30,989 nucleotides of DNA from a virus (Duplodnaviria > Caudoviricetes), in IMG/VR virus record IMGVR_UViG_3300012940_000077, positions 1 through 30,989 of that record, one strand, 5' to 3'. The first letter of the stretch is position 1; each line of letters starts with the position of its first letter. The notes beneath the pieces were generated by a model. The model saw only the letters and a program-made list of their open reading frames with translations. It made no database searches and was not told the origin of the DNA. A program made the position numbers and the translations under genes. Positions 7,855 to 16,771 of this stretch are shown one piece after another.

Positions 7855-8577
7855 ATGTTCGGTCGCAAGGCAGGGGTTCTGGAAGAGGATCCCGATGGCG
7901 TGACGACGTACACGCCCCGCCGCTTCACCATCTGGCATGCCATCCTCATCCTGCTCATCGCCTCCATGCTGGGGATCTTCGTCTGGCTCCTCCAGCTGGC
8001 CACCACACAACAGCACCGCCTGGACCAGCAACGAGCGGACATCGAGTCCAACGAACAGGTCGTGGCAGACCTGCTCGCCAAGTACGAAGCCCTGTACCGC
8101 GAGGCATCGGGTGACGGTGACGTAGATGCGCCGTCCCCGGATGAGGTGCAGGATGAAGTAGAGGCACAGGCCGGACCCCAGGGTGCGACTGGTGCGCAGG
8201 GGCCACGAGGCGAGCGCGGACCGCAAGGCGACCCAGGGGCTCCGGGAACTCCCGGAGCGAAGGGAGAGACCGGTGCAACAGGCGCTACAGGTAGTGCAGG
8301 TCCTGCTGGGGCCGACGGTGCTGATGGTGAGCCTGGTTCTACTGGCCCGCAGGGACCTCAAGGGGAGCAAGGTCCGCAGGGACCTGCTGGTCCCGCTGGG
8401 CCTGCTGGTCCGAAGGGCGACACTGGCGCTGCGGGTCCGGCTGGCCCTGTCGGTCCGGCTGGTCCGACCTGCCCCGAAGGCTACGAGGTTCGCTTCGTCT
8501 GGCTCTCCGTCGCCAACGAGCAGTTCGGTGTCTTCTCCCGTCAGCCAGCGGCTATCTGCCAGCCGGTGACCCCCTAG
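7855..8577 (+). CDS. Membrane-anchored collagen-like protein
   Basis: N-terminal TM helix (FTIWHAILILLIASMLGIFVWLL), coiled coil, 33 Gly-X-Y triplets, and a C-terminal CPEGY...IC two-cysteine domain. Confidence 0.85.
   Translation: MFGRKAGVLEEDPDGVTTYTPRRFTIWHAILILLIASMLGIFVWLLQLATTQQHRLDQQRADIESNEQVVADLLAKYEALYREASGDGDVDAPSPDEVQDEVEAQAGPQGATGAQGPRGERGPQGDPGAPGTPGAKGETGATGATGSAGPAGADGADGEPGSTGPQGPQGEQGPQGPAGPAGPAGPKGDTGAAGPAGPVGPAGPTCPEGYEVRFVWLSVANEQFGVFSRQPAAICQPVTP
8173..8469 (+). repeat. Collagen (Gly-X-Y)33 coding repeat
   Basis: Uninterrupted GXY from GPQ to GPT, counted from the translation. Confidence 0.9.
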
Positions 8578-10661
8578 TCCGGGTAGAGGTCCAGGGGGTC
8601 GATGTCGTACATGTGGTACGGCAGCGGGATCCTCTGGTCTCTGCTGGCCCACTCCGAGACAGAGCCGATGTCCGAGGAGAGCACCTTCCACTTGCCCGGG
8701 TTGGTGAGCATCCGTCCCCAGGCGTGCTCGTCGTAGTGCGTCGCGTTGATCTTGTTGGCACGCGCGATGACCGGGGTGTTATCGCTGACCAGCAGGTGCA
8801 GACCGAGGTTCTGCGCCACGTCGTACGCAGGCACGGAGATCTCCGCGAAGGTCCACCCGTCCGGCCCCTCCTGCTCAGCGTGGATCAGCACGTCCTCGGA
8901 CTCACGACGGGTCAGACCGTGCGCCGACTCCACCAGAGCGACCTCGAAAGCATCGACAGTCACATGCAGCCGCATGTCGCCCTGGATGTAGGAGACGACA
9001 TTCTCCCCGATGCTCTCCTCGTGATGAGACATGGACTGGAACTCGTCGTGGATGTTATCCGGGTGCAGGAATGCGTCCCAGTGGTCGATGACCGCCTGCT
9101 GGAGCGCCTGGTGAGCCATGCCCTTGGCCACGGTGTAGAACGGCGTGAACTCGTCCGTCATGACGGTATCCCCGTCGCCCCAGTCGTCCGGGCCGAGGAC
9201 GGCGTAGATCGGCTCGCCGTTCGGGCTGTTGATCCAGACGTCGGACTCGGAGGCGAAGTTGTCCTCGTCGAAGTCCTCGGCCGGACCGCTGACTCGGATG
9301 TCTGCCGCCTTGGCGCGCACCTTCTCCAGCGCGAGCTTGTTCGAGAGCTTGATCGGCGCGAGCTCGATCTTCTCCTGGGCCACGCCACCGGCCGTGATCT
9401 TGCCGCCCGCGGAGATCTTCTCCCCGGCCTTGATCCGGCCCCCAGCCTTGATTCTCGGCTCTCCAGCCTTGATCCTTGCTTCGCCCGCGCGGATGGGCTC
9501 CGGCGTCTTGAGCATGTCGGCCGCCTGGTTGAGGATGGCGGACACCCGGGGGTCGGAGAAGTCGACCTCGGGCTCCTTGTACCGCGCGCGGGCCACCGGC
9601 TTGAGCCGAGGCTTGGAGTTGCGGGACTCGCTGGTGGCGAAGCGCCCGTTGCGGTCCCGGTCGAACGGGTCCCCGCCCACGGCCTTGTGCACGACCCCGA
9701 AGGCGGACTTGGCCAGGGCGAAGCGGTCCTTGGTGTTGTACGAGTCCAGGCGAGCCTGCTCGGACATCACCAGCACCACCCGGCAGCGGCAGCGCGGGTG
9801 CGAGGACGGAGCCAGGATCTTGCTCCCGTCCGGCAGGGTGAAGAGCTCGTTCACCAGGACACGGCGGTGGTGCATCGGCCCGCAGGTCGGGCACACCCGC
9901 TCGTCGTCGGCGGTGATCCACTCCTTCTCCTGGAGCGGGCTGATCTCCCCGCGGTGGGCCTGGTAGCTCCAGTACAGCGCCTTGGCGGCGTTGGAGGACA
10001 GGTGCGCCTCGGTGTCACCGATAGTGGCCGCACGCTCCTGGATCGCTCGCGCGAGCAGGTAGTCGACGCGATCCGCGATCACGTTCGGGCGCTTCTGGGA
10101 GGTGAGCCCGGCCTTCTCCGGGGGCGGGGCCAGCCAGATGTTCACCAGCGACTTCATCGTGCGCGGGGTCACCCCGAACGCATCGATGGTGCGGTCGATG
10201 GCGACACGCGTAGCCACGCGCCGGTTGATCTGCGCCTGGACGCCCTGGATGAGCGCCTGGGTGCTGACGTTGTGGATGCTGGTGCCCAGGGAGTTGGCGT
10301 AGGAGTTCGCGCTGTCCGCCACCCATGCGTCGCTGGGGCGAGTGGTGCCCGCCTCGCGCAGCCCGATGTAGTACCCGGCCATCAGCGCAGGAGCGGCCAC
10401 CGCGACGAACTTCGGCACGTACAGCCGGAAGATGCGGGTGGCCAGCTCCTGGAGCGCCTCCGGGGCGGGGAGGTTCTCGCGGGTCTCCTCCTTGAGCCGA
10501 CGGCGCACGAACGTCCGGTACAGCAGGAACGCGCCACCCAGAGCGAGGGCCACCTCGTCCAGGTTGCTGCTGCGCCGACCAGCTGCCGAGATGCGCTCCG
10601 CGAGCTGCTGCTCGTAGGGAGTGAACTCGTCAGCGGAGATGACCTCTGTCGTCTCGCTCAC
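8574..10661 (-). CDS. MuF (SPP1 gp7-like) head morphogenesis protein with long C-terminal extension
   Basis: KEWITADDERVCPTCGPMH...PSSHPRCRC is the MuF signature (about 9780-9930). About 390 further residues follow it. Confidence 0.8.
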   Translation of the reverse strand: MSETTEVISADEFTPYEQQLAERISAAGRRSSNLDEVALALGGAFLLYRTFVRRRLKEETRENLPAPEALQELATRIFRLYVPKFVAVAAPALMAGYYIGLREAGTTRPSDAWVADSANSYANSLGTSIHNVSTQALIQGVQAQINRRVATRVAIDRTIDAFGVTPRTMKSLVNIWLAPPPEKAGLTSQKRPNVIADRVDYLLARAIQERAATIGDTEAHLSSNAAKALYWSYQAHRGEISPLQEKEWITADDERVCPTCGPMHHRRVLVNELFTLPDGSKILAPSSHPRCRCRVVLVMSEQARLDSYNTKDRFALAKSAFGVVHKAVGGDPFDRDRNGRFATSESRNSKPRLKPVARARYKEPEVDFSDPRVSAILNQAADMLKTPEPIRAGEARIKAGEPRIKAGGRIKAGEKISAGGKITAGGVAQEKIELAPIKLSNKLALEKVRAKAADIRVSGPAEDFDEDNFASESDVWINSPNGEPIYAVLGPDDWGDGDTVMTDEFTPFYTVAKGMAHQALQQAVIDHWDAFLHPDNIHDEFQSMSHHEESIGENVVSYIQGDMRLHVTVDAFEVALVESAHGLTRRESEDVLIHAEQEGPDGWTFAEISVPAYDVAQNLGLHLLVSDNTPVIARANKINATHYDEHAWGRMLTNPGKWKVLSSDIGSVSEWASRDQRIPLPYHMYDIDPLDLYPD
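9384..9494 (-). repeat. Six tandem I-[KRST]-A-G peptide repeats
   Basis: IRAGEAR-IKAGEPR-IKAGGR-IKAGEK-ISAGGK-ITAGG in the MuF extension. Confidence 0.8.
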
Positions 10662-10671
10662 GGATCACACC

Positions 10672-13600
10672 CTAGTCCCAGGCCGGGCTCGACCCGAAGA
10701 TCGCCTTCAGCGAGGCGCGGTCCATCGGGTCGTCAGAGCCCACGTCCTCGGCCAGCTGCTTGGCCTCAGCGAACTTGCCCTGCTTCACCAGGTTGCGGAC
10801 CTGCTTGAGGTCCTCGCCCACGGTGTACCCCTCGTCCCGGCGCATCTTCTGCTCGATGGAGTGGAGCATCGTCGAGGCCATCTCGATGTCGCTCTGCTCC
10901 CCGCTCTCCAGCAGCGCACGCGCGGGCTTGGTCTGCGCCTGCTGCGGAAGCTGCGGAGCCTGTGCCTGGCGGGCCGCCACCGGGTCAGGGTCACGCAGCA
11001 TCTTCCCTGCGGTGGGCGCGTCCTGCCGCTGGATCTGGTTGCTCTGGAGCGCGCGGATGCGCTCCAGCCCCTCGGCTGCCTCGGAGTACTGACGGACCAG
11101 GGAGTCGCGCAGGCCGTCGTCGGAGTAGGCGTTGGTGAGCTGGCGCTGCTTGGCGTCGGTGTAGGAGTCGTTCCAGCCGAGCGCACGGCCCGCCTGGGCG
11201 ATGTTCGTCTGCGCGTCCACCAGCGAGTTCGAGCGCAGGTTCTGCGCCACCAGGCCCAGCGAAGCGGCAGCGGTGGCTGCACGCTCGGAGTCGGTGACGC
11301 CCTGCACCTCCTGGAGGACCGGACGCACCCGGTTGTACTGCTTGGTCAGCTCGCGCTGCACCATGTCCTTGTCCGCCCCCGCCTGGTAGGCAGGCTCGGA
11401 GAACTGGTAGGGCGCGGTGGAGCGACGGCCCAGGTGCTGCTCGGCGTTCCAGCCCGTGCCGCCCAGGGAGCCGGACAGACCGGAGTAGCCACGCATCCCG
11501 TCCTTGATGCGCTGGCCCAGCTGAGCTGCCGCAGGGTCGCCACCAGCCAGCTCGTCGCCCAGCTGCCCCAGCTCGGTCTCGATGGCGATGCGCTTGGCCG
11601 GGTCCGACCACGCAGCGTCGAAGTCCTTGGCCGCCTCGGACAGTGCCGGGTAGGAGCCGTCCGCGAACTCCACGCGCGACGCCTGGCTCACCAGACCCTG
11701 GAGCGCACCGCGCTGCTGCTCCTCCAGCGCCACCTTCTGGCGCACGGCTGCCCGTGCTGCTGCATCCCCCCGCGGGGCAGCAGCCGGGGTAGCCGTGGCC
11801 GTCTCCGTCGCGGTCTCACGTGGCCCGCCCGCGGTGCGCCCACGGGTGGGGTTATTCTCCCAGTTCTGGAAGTTGGTGTTGGACGCGGCGATCTTGCCCG
11901 AGCCGGTGATGGACGAGTCGTAGTACCCCTCCAGCGCCTCCTCGGGGCGGTTGTACCGCGGCTTGACGTAGCCCTGGTCCGAGCCGCCCTTGAAGCGGCG
12001 ACGCAGCTCCGGCTTGGCAGCCTCGTCGGCGCGCTCGCCTGCGGCGTTCATGGCGTCGTCGCGGTGGGCGAAGGAGACCGAGGCGATGTAGTAGGGGTAC
12101 TGCTCCTTGAGCGCCTCCAGCGCAGCGGCGTAGCCCTCACCGTCGAGCTGGTAGAACCGCGAGCGCTTGTCCTCCAGGGCAGCGTCCATCAGCTCGGCAC
12201 GGTACTGGCGGTACTTGCGCTCGTCGCCCTGCGCGGCGTCACGCGCCTCGCTCTCCAGGTTGGCCAGCTCGGTGCCGGTCAGCTGGGGGTTCTCCTTGTA
12301 GTCCTTCACGCGCCGGTCGTACTCCGCGCGGATCTCCGCCTGGCTGTACACGCTCGGCGGGAAGTCCCGCTCGGTCTCCTCCAGGAGCTGGCCACGGATC
12401 GCCGGGTCCAGGGGCTGGCGCTCGATCTGCCCGCCCTTGAGCGCGTCCAGGGTCTTCTCGTAGCGGTCGACCATCGAGGCGGCCTTGTCGTTCATCCGAC
12501 GCCCGCCACGGAAGTCGTCCTCGAAGTTGATGGTGAACACCCCGGAGTTGGACACCACGGTGACCCGGCGAGCCCCGCTCACCAGGCCGGTGTAGATGTC
12601 CTCGCTCGTGAGTCCGCCCTTGGAGCGGGTGCGCACGTACTGACCGCCCTGGAGCCCCTTGAGGTTCTTGAGGTTGAACGGCAGGTAGTGGTCGTCCGCG
12701 AAGCCCACGGCCTGCGTGGCGATGTTGCCGTCGCGGTCGATGATGACGCCCTCGGACGGAGGGATGCGCCCGGACTTGCGCTGGATCTCGCTCAGGCGCA
12801 GGTTCGGCAGCCGGTTGAACAGGTAGCTCGTCGCCGCGTCGGCCGAGCGCATCTGCTTGACCTCGGGGCTGGAGATCGACCGCCCGGACCGGAAGGTGTT
12901 CAGCTCTTCCTCGCTGACCCCGCCTTCGCGGATGCGCATGTCCTCGGTCTGGCGGATGAACTGCTTGCGCATGTCCAGGAGAGCGGCGTCCGGTGCACGC
13001 TCGGTGCCCCGGTAGCGGTAGGCCGTCTTGCGCATCTGCGGGCCGACGACCTTCTCCGCCTCCGGGCCGTACTGACCCACGAACTCCCCGAAGCGCGCAG
13101 CGGTGTTGGCCTTGGAGCCCGCGGGGGTCACGTCGGCCACGAGCTTGGAGCCCGCCTCGATGCGGCGGTACGTGCGCGCGTTGGTGCCCACCGGGTCCTT
13201 GGACGCGTCGTTCCAGCGCTGCTCGAACGCCGACCCCTTGGAGCCCAGCGCGGACACCGTGTCGAAGGACGCTGCCGCACGCTCGGTGCGAGTGGCGTCA
13301 CGCGGCTCGTCGAAGCGCGTGGCCACGAGGTTGTGCGTCGCGGGGTTCCACCCGGTGATGTGGTCGAGCGAGGAGACCTTGATCTCCGACTGACGGCCCG
13401 TGGACTTGTTCTCCAGGATGGCGCGCAGGTTCGACCCGTCCCGGCGCGTCATGGCGTCCATCGCCTCGGCCAGCTGGAGGTACTGCTGCTGGTAGGCGCT
13501 GCGGTCCGTCGAGGAGAGCTTGTCCTTGCGGTTGTACGAGCGCGACTCGCGCGCCAGGCCCTTGGCCGAGGGGATGCCCTGGGCACGCTCACGGCTCTTG

Positions 13601-13944
13601 GGCATCTTGCGCTTGGTGCGGTCGGTGCGCACGCGCGACTCGACGGTGGCGAACCGGCCACTCTTGTCGCGGTTGTACTTGTCATCGCCCAGCGCCTTGC
13701 TCACGACGTCGACCACCAGGCGCTCGTCGACAGCGGACTTGGAGACCATCCGGTCCAGGTCGTCCACGATGGACTTGTGGATGCGGGTGCTCAGCGACGA
13801 CACCACGCGCGCGTTGTTCGTCAGGTCCTCCACCAGGAGGTCGTGAGCGACACAGCGCACGAACATCTCAGCAGTGGCGTCGTCCATCTTCATCACGACG
13901 TCGTAGGCCCGCGCTGCTGCCTCGCGGTTGAAGTGCTGGTCCAT
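10672..13944 (-). CDS. Large putative internal virion protein (1090 aa) with a degenerate JAB/MPN-like segment
   Basis: Start reassigned to ATG 13944, which has a GGAGG RBS. Contains VSK sites, an RDKSGRFAT motif shared with the MuF protein, and EGVIIDRDG...VRTRSKGGLTSEDI...RRVTVVS. Confidence 0.65.
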   Translation of the reverse strand: MDQHFNREAAARAYDVVMKMDDATAEMFVRCVAHDLLVEDLTNNARVVSSLSTRIHKSIVDDLDRMVSKSAVDERLVVDVVSKALGDDKYNRDKSGRFATVESRVRTDRTKRKMPKSRERAQGIPSAKGLARESRSYNRKDKLSSTDRSAYQQQYLQLAEAMDAMTRRDGSNLRAILENKSTGRQSEIKVSSLDHITGWNPATHNLVATRFDEPRDATRTERAAASFDTVSALGSKGSAFEQRWNDASKDPVGTNARTYRRIEAGSKLVADVTPAGSKANTAARFGEFVGQYGPEAEKVVGPQMRKTAYRYRGTERAPDAALLDMRKQFIRQTEDMRIREGGVSEEELNTFRSGRSISSPEVKQMRSADAATSYLFNRLPNLRLSEIQRKSGRIPPSEGVIIDRDGNIATQAVGFADDHYLPFNLKNLKGLQGGQYVRTRSKGGLTSEDIYTGLVSGARRVTVVSNSGVFTINFEDDFRGGRRMNDKAASMVDRYEKTLDALKGGQIERQPLDPAIRGQLLEETERDFPPSVYSQAEIRAEYDRRVKDYKENPQLTGTELANLESEARDAAQGDERKYRQYRAELMDAALEDKRSRFYQLDGEGYAAALEALKEQYPYYIASVSFAHRDDAMNAAGERADEAAKPELRRRFKGGSDQGYVKPRYNRPEEALEGYYDSSITGSGKIAASNTNFQNWENNPTRGRTAGGPRETATETATATPAAAPRGDAAARAAVRQKVALEEQQRGALQGLVSQASRVEFADGSYPALSEAAKDFDAAWSDPAKRIAIETELGQLGDELAGGDPAAAQLGQRIKDGMRGYSGLSGSLGGTGWNAEQHLGRRSTAPYQFSEPAYQAGADKDMVQRELTKQYNRVRPVLQEVQGVTDSERAATAAASLGLVAQNLRSNSLVDAQTNIAQAGRALGWNDSYTDAKQRQLTNAYSDDGLRDSLVRQYSEAAEGLERIRALQSNQIQRQDAPTAGKMLRDPDPVAARQAQAPQLPQQAQTKPARALLESGEQSDIEMASTMLHSIEQKMRRDEGYTVGEDLKQVRNLVKQGKFAEAKQLAEDVGSDDPMDRASLKAIFGSSPAWD

Positions 13945-13980
13945 GTGTACCTCCGGACTCATCATCTCGTGGCTGTCGCC

Positions 13981-14277
13981 TCAGCCCAGGTCCGGAAGGA
14001 TCTCCAGGTACTCCACCCCGACGGTGGGCGCAGTGATGATCTCGCCCTGCCGGTCGATCTCCAGCTCGATCTCGTAGACCCCCACCGGCAGCGTCCCGTC
14101 GAGCTTCCACGTGACGATCCCGCCGTGGTAGTCAGCGATCTCCACGTCGTCCGCGTTCTCGATCAGGTCGCCGGTGCTGTTGCGAGCCAGCAGGCGCACG
14201 GTGGCGTTGAGCAGGCTCACGTTCGTCCGCCACGCGACGGTACGCGTGTCCCCATGCTTCTGCTTCAGCACGGCCAT
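13981..14277 (-). CDS. Small BppU-N-like / Ig-like structural protein
   Basis: 98 aa with HGDT...LLNATVRL...GIVTW...GVYEIELEI...ITAPTVG. AGGAG RBS. Confidence 0.6.
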   Translation of the reverse strand: MAVLKQKHGDTRTVAWRTNVSLLNATVRLLARNSTGDLIENADDVEIADYHGGIVTWKLDGTLPVGVYEIELEIDRQGEIITAPTVGVEYLEILPDLG

Positions 14278-14285
14278 CTGTTCTC

Positions 14286-14423
14286 CTAGCGCCAGTAGGG
14301 GACAGGCTCCAGCGTGGCCACGTCCATGATCGGTTCGAGTGTACGCACGACGGGAAGGGTCGGGATCGGTTGCGGCGCGGTGATTCCGCGGATCTCGACC
14401 TCGATCTCCAGTTCGTCGGCCAT
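14286..14423 (-). CDS. 45-aa hypothetical protein missing from the ORF track
   Basis: ATG overlaps the upstream stop (TGATG). Reads MADELEIEVEIRGITAPQPIPTLPVVRTLEPIMDVATLEPVPYWR and fills the gap exactly. Confidence 0.65.
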   Translation of the reverse strand: MADELEIEVEIRGITAPQPIPTLPVVRTLEPIMDVATLEPVPYWR

Positions 14424-16411
14424 CAGACCACCTCGAAGTCCTGGATCGGCGTCAGGGTCACGTCGTAGTCAAGAGGAGTCAACGTGACGTCTTCGAGCGG
14501 GTCAGCGAACGGTGGGGGAGTCAGTCGACCCCGCAGACCGACCACGACTTCCAGGACAGCATCCACCTGAGCCGGTCCGTTGCTGCCGAGCAGAGGGACG
14601 GTGATCGGGAGCTCCCCGGTGATCCGCACGGTGCCCACGAGCCCCACGATGATGCCCAGGCTCGACACGGCGCTGGCCGTGCCCACCAGGCCCACGGTGA
14701 CGCCCGTGGAGGCCGTGGCAGCCCCGGACGGCCTGGACGCGCCCAGCAGCCCCACAGCAGCGGGCGTGGTGCCCACGACGGCGAACTCCTGCTTCACCTG
14801 AGCCTGGAGCCCCACGGTCACCGCGGCGTTCTGCCTCCCCAGCACGGTGACCGCATCTGCGACCAGTCCGACGACGTAGCCGACGTCAGCTTCCAGCACG
14901 CCCTGGATCGGGACCATGAACTCCCACATGACCCAGGACTCACGCGGTTGGCTGGAGTACCAGGACTCGTTGCCCCCGGGCAGCCAGCTGTGCAGGTTCG
15001 CACTCGTCTGGATGCTGTAGTGCTCGGTAGCAGTGTTGTGGGTGTCCCCCGTGGACAGCGTGTTCGACGGGCGCAGCACGTCGTAGTAGAACGCCACTGC
15101 CGTGTCCGGGGTCTTGGTGATCATGAGCGTCGTGTTGTTGTACAGCATCCGCTCGGCGTCTGCGGGGAACGGCATCCCGTTGATGTTCTCGCGCTGGTTC
15201 GGGGAGACGAAGCCCGTGGTGTTCGTTCCGTGCGAGAGGTAGATGCGCAGCGGGTCGTTGCCGGGGTTGACGCTGACGATGTACATCACCGCCATGCGCA
15301 CGCCCTCACCGTCTCCTGAGGAGTAGCCGCTGGACCCGGTGAGGCGGACCATCTGCCCGCCCTCGTCCTTGGAGATGGGCGTGACGAAGATGGCCGACTT
15401 CGTGGCGGCGTCGTAGGAGGTGAACGCCTGCCCCACCGAGCGCGGAGTGGTGCCGGTCTCGTCGAAGCGCTCGTAGACGGCGTTGGCGATGCCGTACTCG
15501 TCGATGAACAGGTTCTCGCCCGTGATGATCGTGACCATCACCATCTCGTCGGTGGTGAGGGTCGGGAACCACAGGTCCTCTTCGGCCCACACCCCCTGGA
15601 CGATCTGGTTGCTGGGGCTGATCATCTGGCTGCTCGGTGTCCACGCGCCGGGCAGGAAGGCTGGCACTACGGACAGCGGGTCGTCGGTAGCCCCGTCCGA
15701 CACGGCGAACAGCCGCAGCTCGGCGTTCACCCGCGGCGGCATCGTCAGGAAGTCGCCGTAGGCGTTGGTCTCGTACGCGCGGGGCTCGTAGACGAAGAAC
15801 TGGCTGTAGCTGCCGGAGATGACGTCCGTGCCGATCCGGATGGCGTTGAAGGTCGGGTCGACCGTGCCGGAGTGCGCCGTCGCCACACCCGTCAGGGAGA
15901 TGTCCTCCACGATGGTGCCGGACATCGTGGTGACTCGGAGCTTCACCCGCACCGAGCCACCAGCCTCGGCCACCAGGGTGAAGAACAGCCACTGGTCCGT
16001 GGGCAGCTCAGACCCCGCCACGCCCGTGTAGAGCGAGGCGTTGTTGTAGCCGAAGAGCCGGATGTGACGGGCAGTGTCCAGGGCGATGCGCAGCATCTGG
16101 CTACCGGACGACCCCGAGCGCAGGTTGGCGATGGTCGTGGTGGAGGTGACCGCCGAGTACCTGAAGTAGAACGACAGGTACATCGTCTTGATCAGCCCGG
16201 TGATGCCGGAGGTGATCTGGACGTACTGTGCCTGGTCCGATGCGTTGAACTGCATGGGACGGCCGATCCCCGGGTAGGGGCCGGTCATGCTGGTAGCCCA
16301 CAGCGGTGCCACCGACGACACCGCGTTGAAGGCGTCGCCGGAGGCACCGCCAGAGTTAGCGGTGGTGATGGCTGTCCCCGCAGTGCTGCCGCTGCCGTTG
16401 TTGTACGGCAT
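14423..16411 (-). CDS. Virion fibre / minor structural protein (lectin-like N-terminal domain, beta-repeat C-terminal stalk)
   Basis: 662 aa. GTAITTANSGGASGDAF start, S/T/G-rich beta domains, and repeated VGLVG/VGLQA units at the C-terminus. Confidence 0.65.
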   Translation of the reverse strand: MPYNNGSGSTAGTAITTANSGGASGDAFNAVSSVAPLWATSMTGPYPGIGRPMQFNASDQAQYVQITSGITGLIKTMYLSFYFRYSAVTSTTTIANLRSGSSGSQMLRIALDTARHIRLFGYNNASLYTGVAGSELPTDQWLFFTLVAEAGGSVRVKLRVTTMSGTIVEDISLTGVATAHSGTVDPTFNAIRIGTDVISGSYSQFFVYEPRAYETNAYGDFLTMPPRVNAELRLFAVSDGATDDPLSVVPAFLPGAWTPSSQMISPSNQIVQGVWAEEDLWFPTLTTDEMVMVTIITGENLFIDEYGIANAVYERFDETGTTPRSVGQAFTSYDAATKSAIFVTPISKDEGGQMVRLTGSSGYSSGDGEGVRMAVMYIVSVNPGNDPLRIYLSHGTNTTGFVSPNQRENINGMPFPADAERMLYNNTTLMITKTPDTAVAFYYDVLRPSNTLSTGDTHNTATEHYSIQTSANLHSWLPGGNESWYSSQPRESWVMWEFMVPIQGVLEADVGYVVGLVADAVTVLGRQNAAVTVGLQAQVKQEFAVVGTTPAAVGLLGASRPSGAATASTGVTVGLVGTASAVSSLGIIVGLVGTVRITGELPITVPLLGSNGPAQVDAVLEVVVGLRGRLTPPPFADPLEDVTLTPLDYDVTLTPIQDFEVV

Positions 16412-16417
16412 GGCGGC

Positions 16418-16768
16418 CTACGCAGCGGTGACGGGGATGGAGACCGTGACCTTGATCTGCCCCTGCGGGTTGATCGTCGTGGACGCGGACAGCGGGTTGC
16501 CACCACGGAACGTGCCGCCCGTCGCAGCCGTCCACACACCGAAGTGCGTGTAGGTGCCCGCGGGAACGTCGAACGTCACCTCGGCGGCCGTTGCGGTACC
16601 ACCCGAGGCAGCGCTGAAGCTCAGCGCCTTGCGCGCGTACGCAGGGCTGCCACCGCTCGCCTCGTTGGCTCCCGTGGTGCCGGGGTTGGCGGTGTGCAGC
16701 GACACGTACGCCAGGCGCGACGCCTGGTGGTCCGCGATGGCGTTCCGCTCAGAGTCGAGCAGAGGCAT
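16418..16768 (-). CDS. Small fibre-associated structural protein (paralog A)
   Basis: 116 aa with SLHTANPGTTGANEASGGSPAYARKA...FDVPAG...HFGVWTAATGG. Confidence 0.75.
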   Translation of the reverse strand: MPLLDSERNAIADHQASRLAYVSLHTANPGTTGANEASGGSPAYARKALSFSAASGGTATAAEVTFDVPAGTYTHFGVWTAATGGTFRGGNPLSASTTINPQGQIKVTVSIPVTAA

Positions 16769-16771
16769 CTG

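Noticed and set aside
8173-8469. Tandem repeats as a possible CRISPR array or VNTR
   Set aside because: They are in-frame collagen codons with no repeat-spacer structure. No CRISPR array was seen in the window.
10621-14289. 1222-aa plus-strand ORF and other long plus-strand ORFs (1695..3386, 4002..6290, 8613..10808, 16806..18413, 19454..21520, 24684..26411)
   Set aside because: They are antisense shadows of well-supported minus-strand genes. High GC makes stops rare, and the translations have no recognisable motifs.
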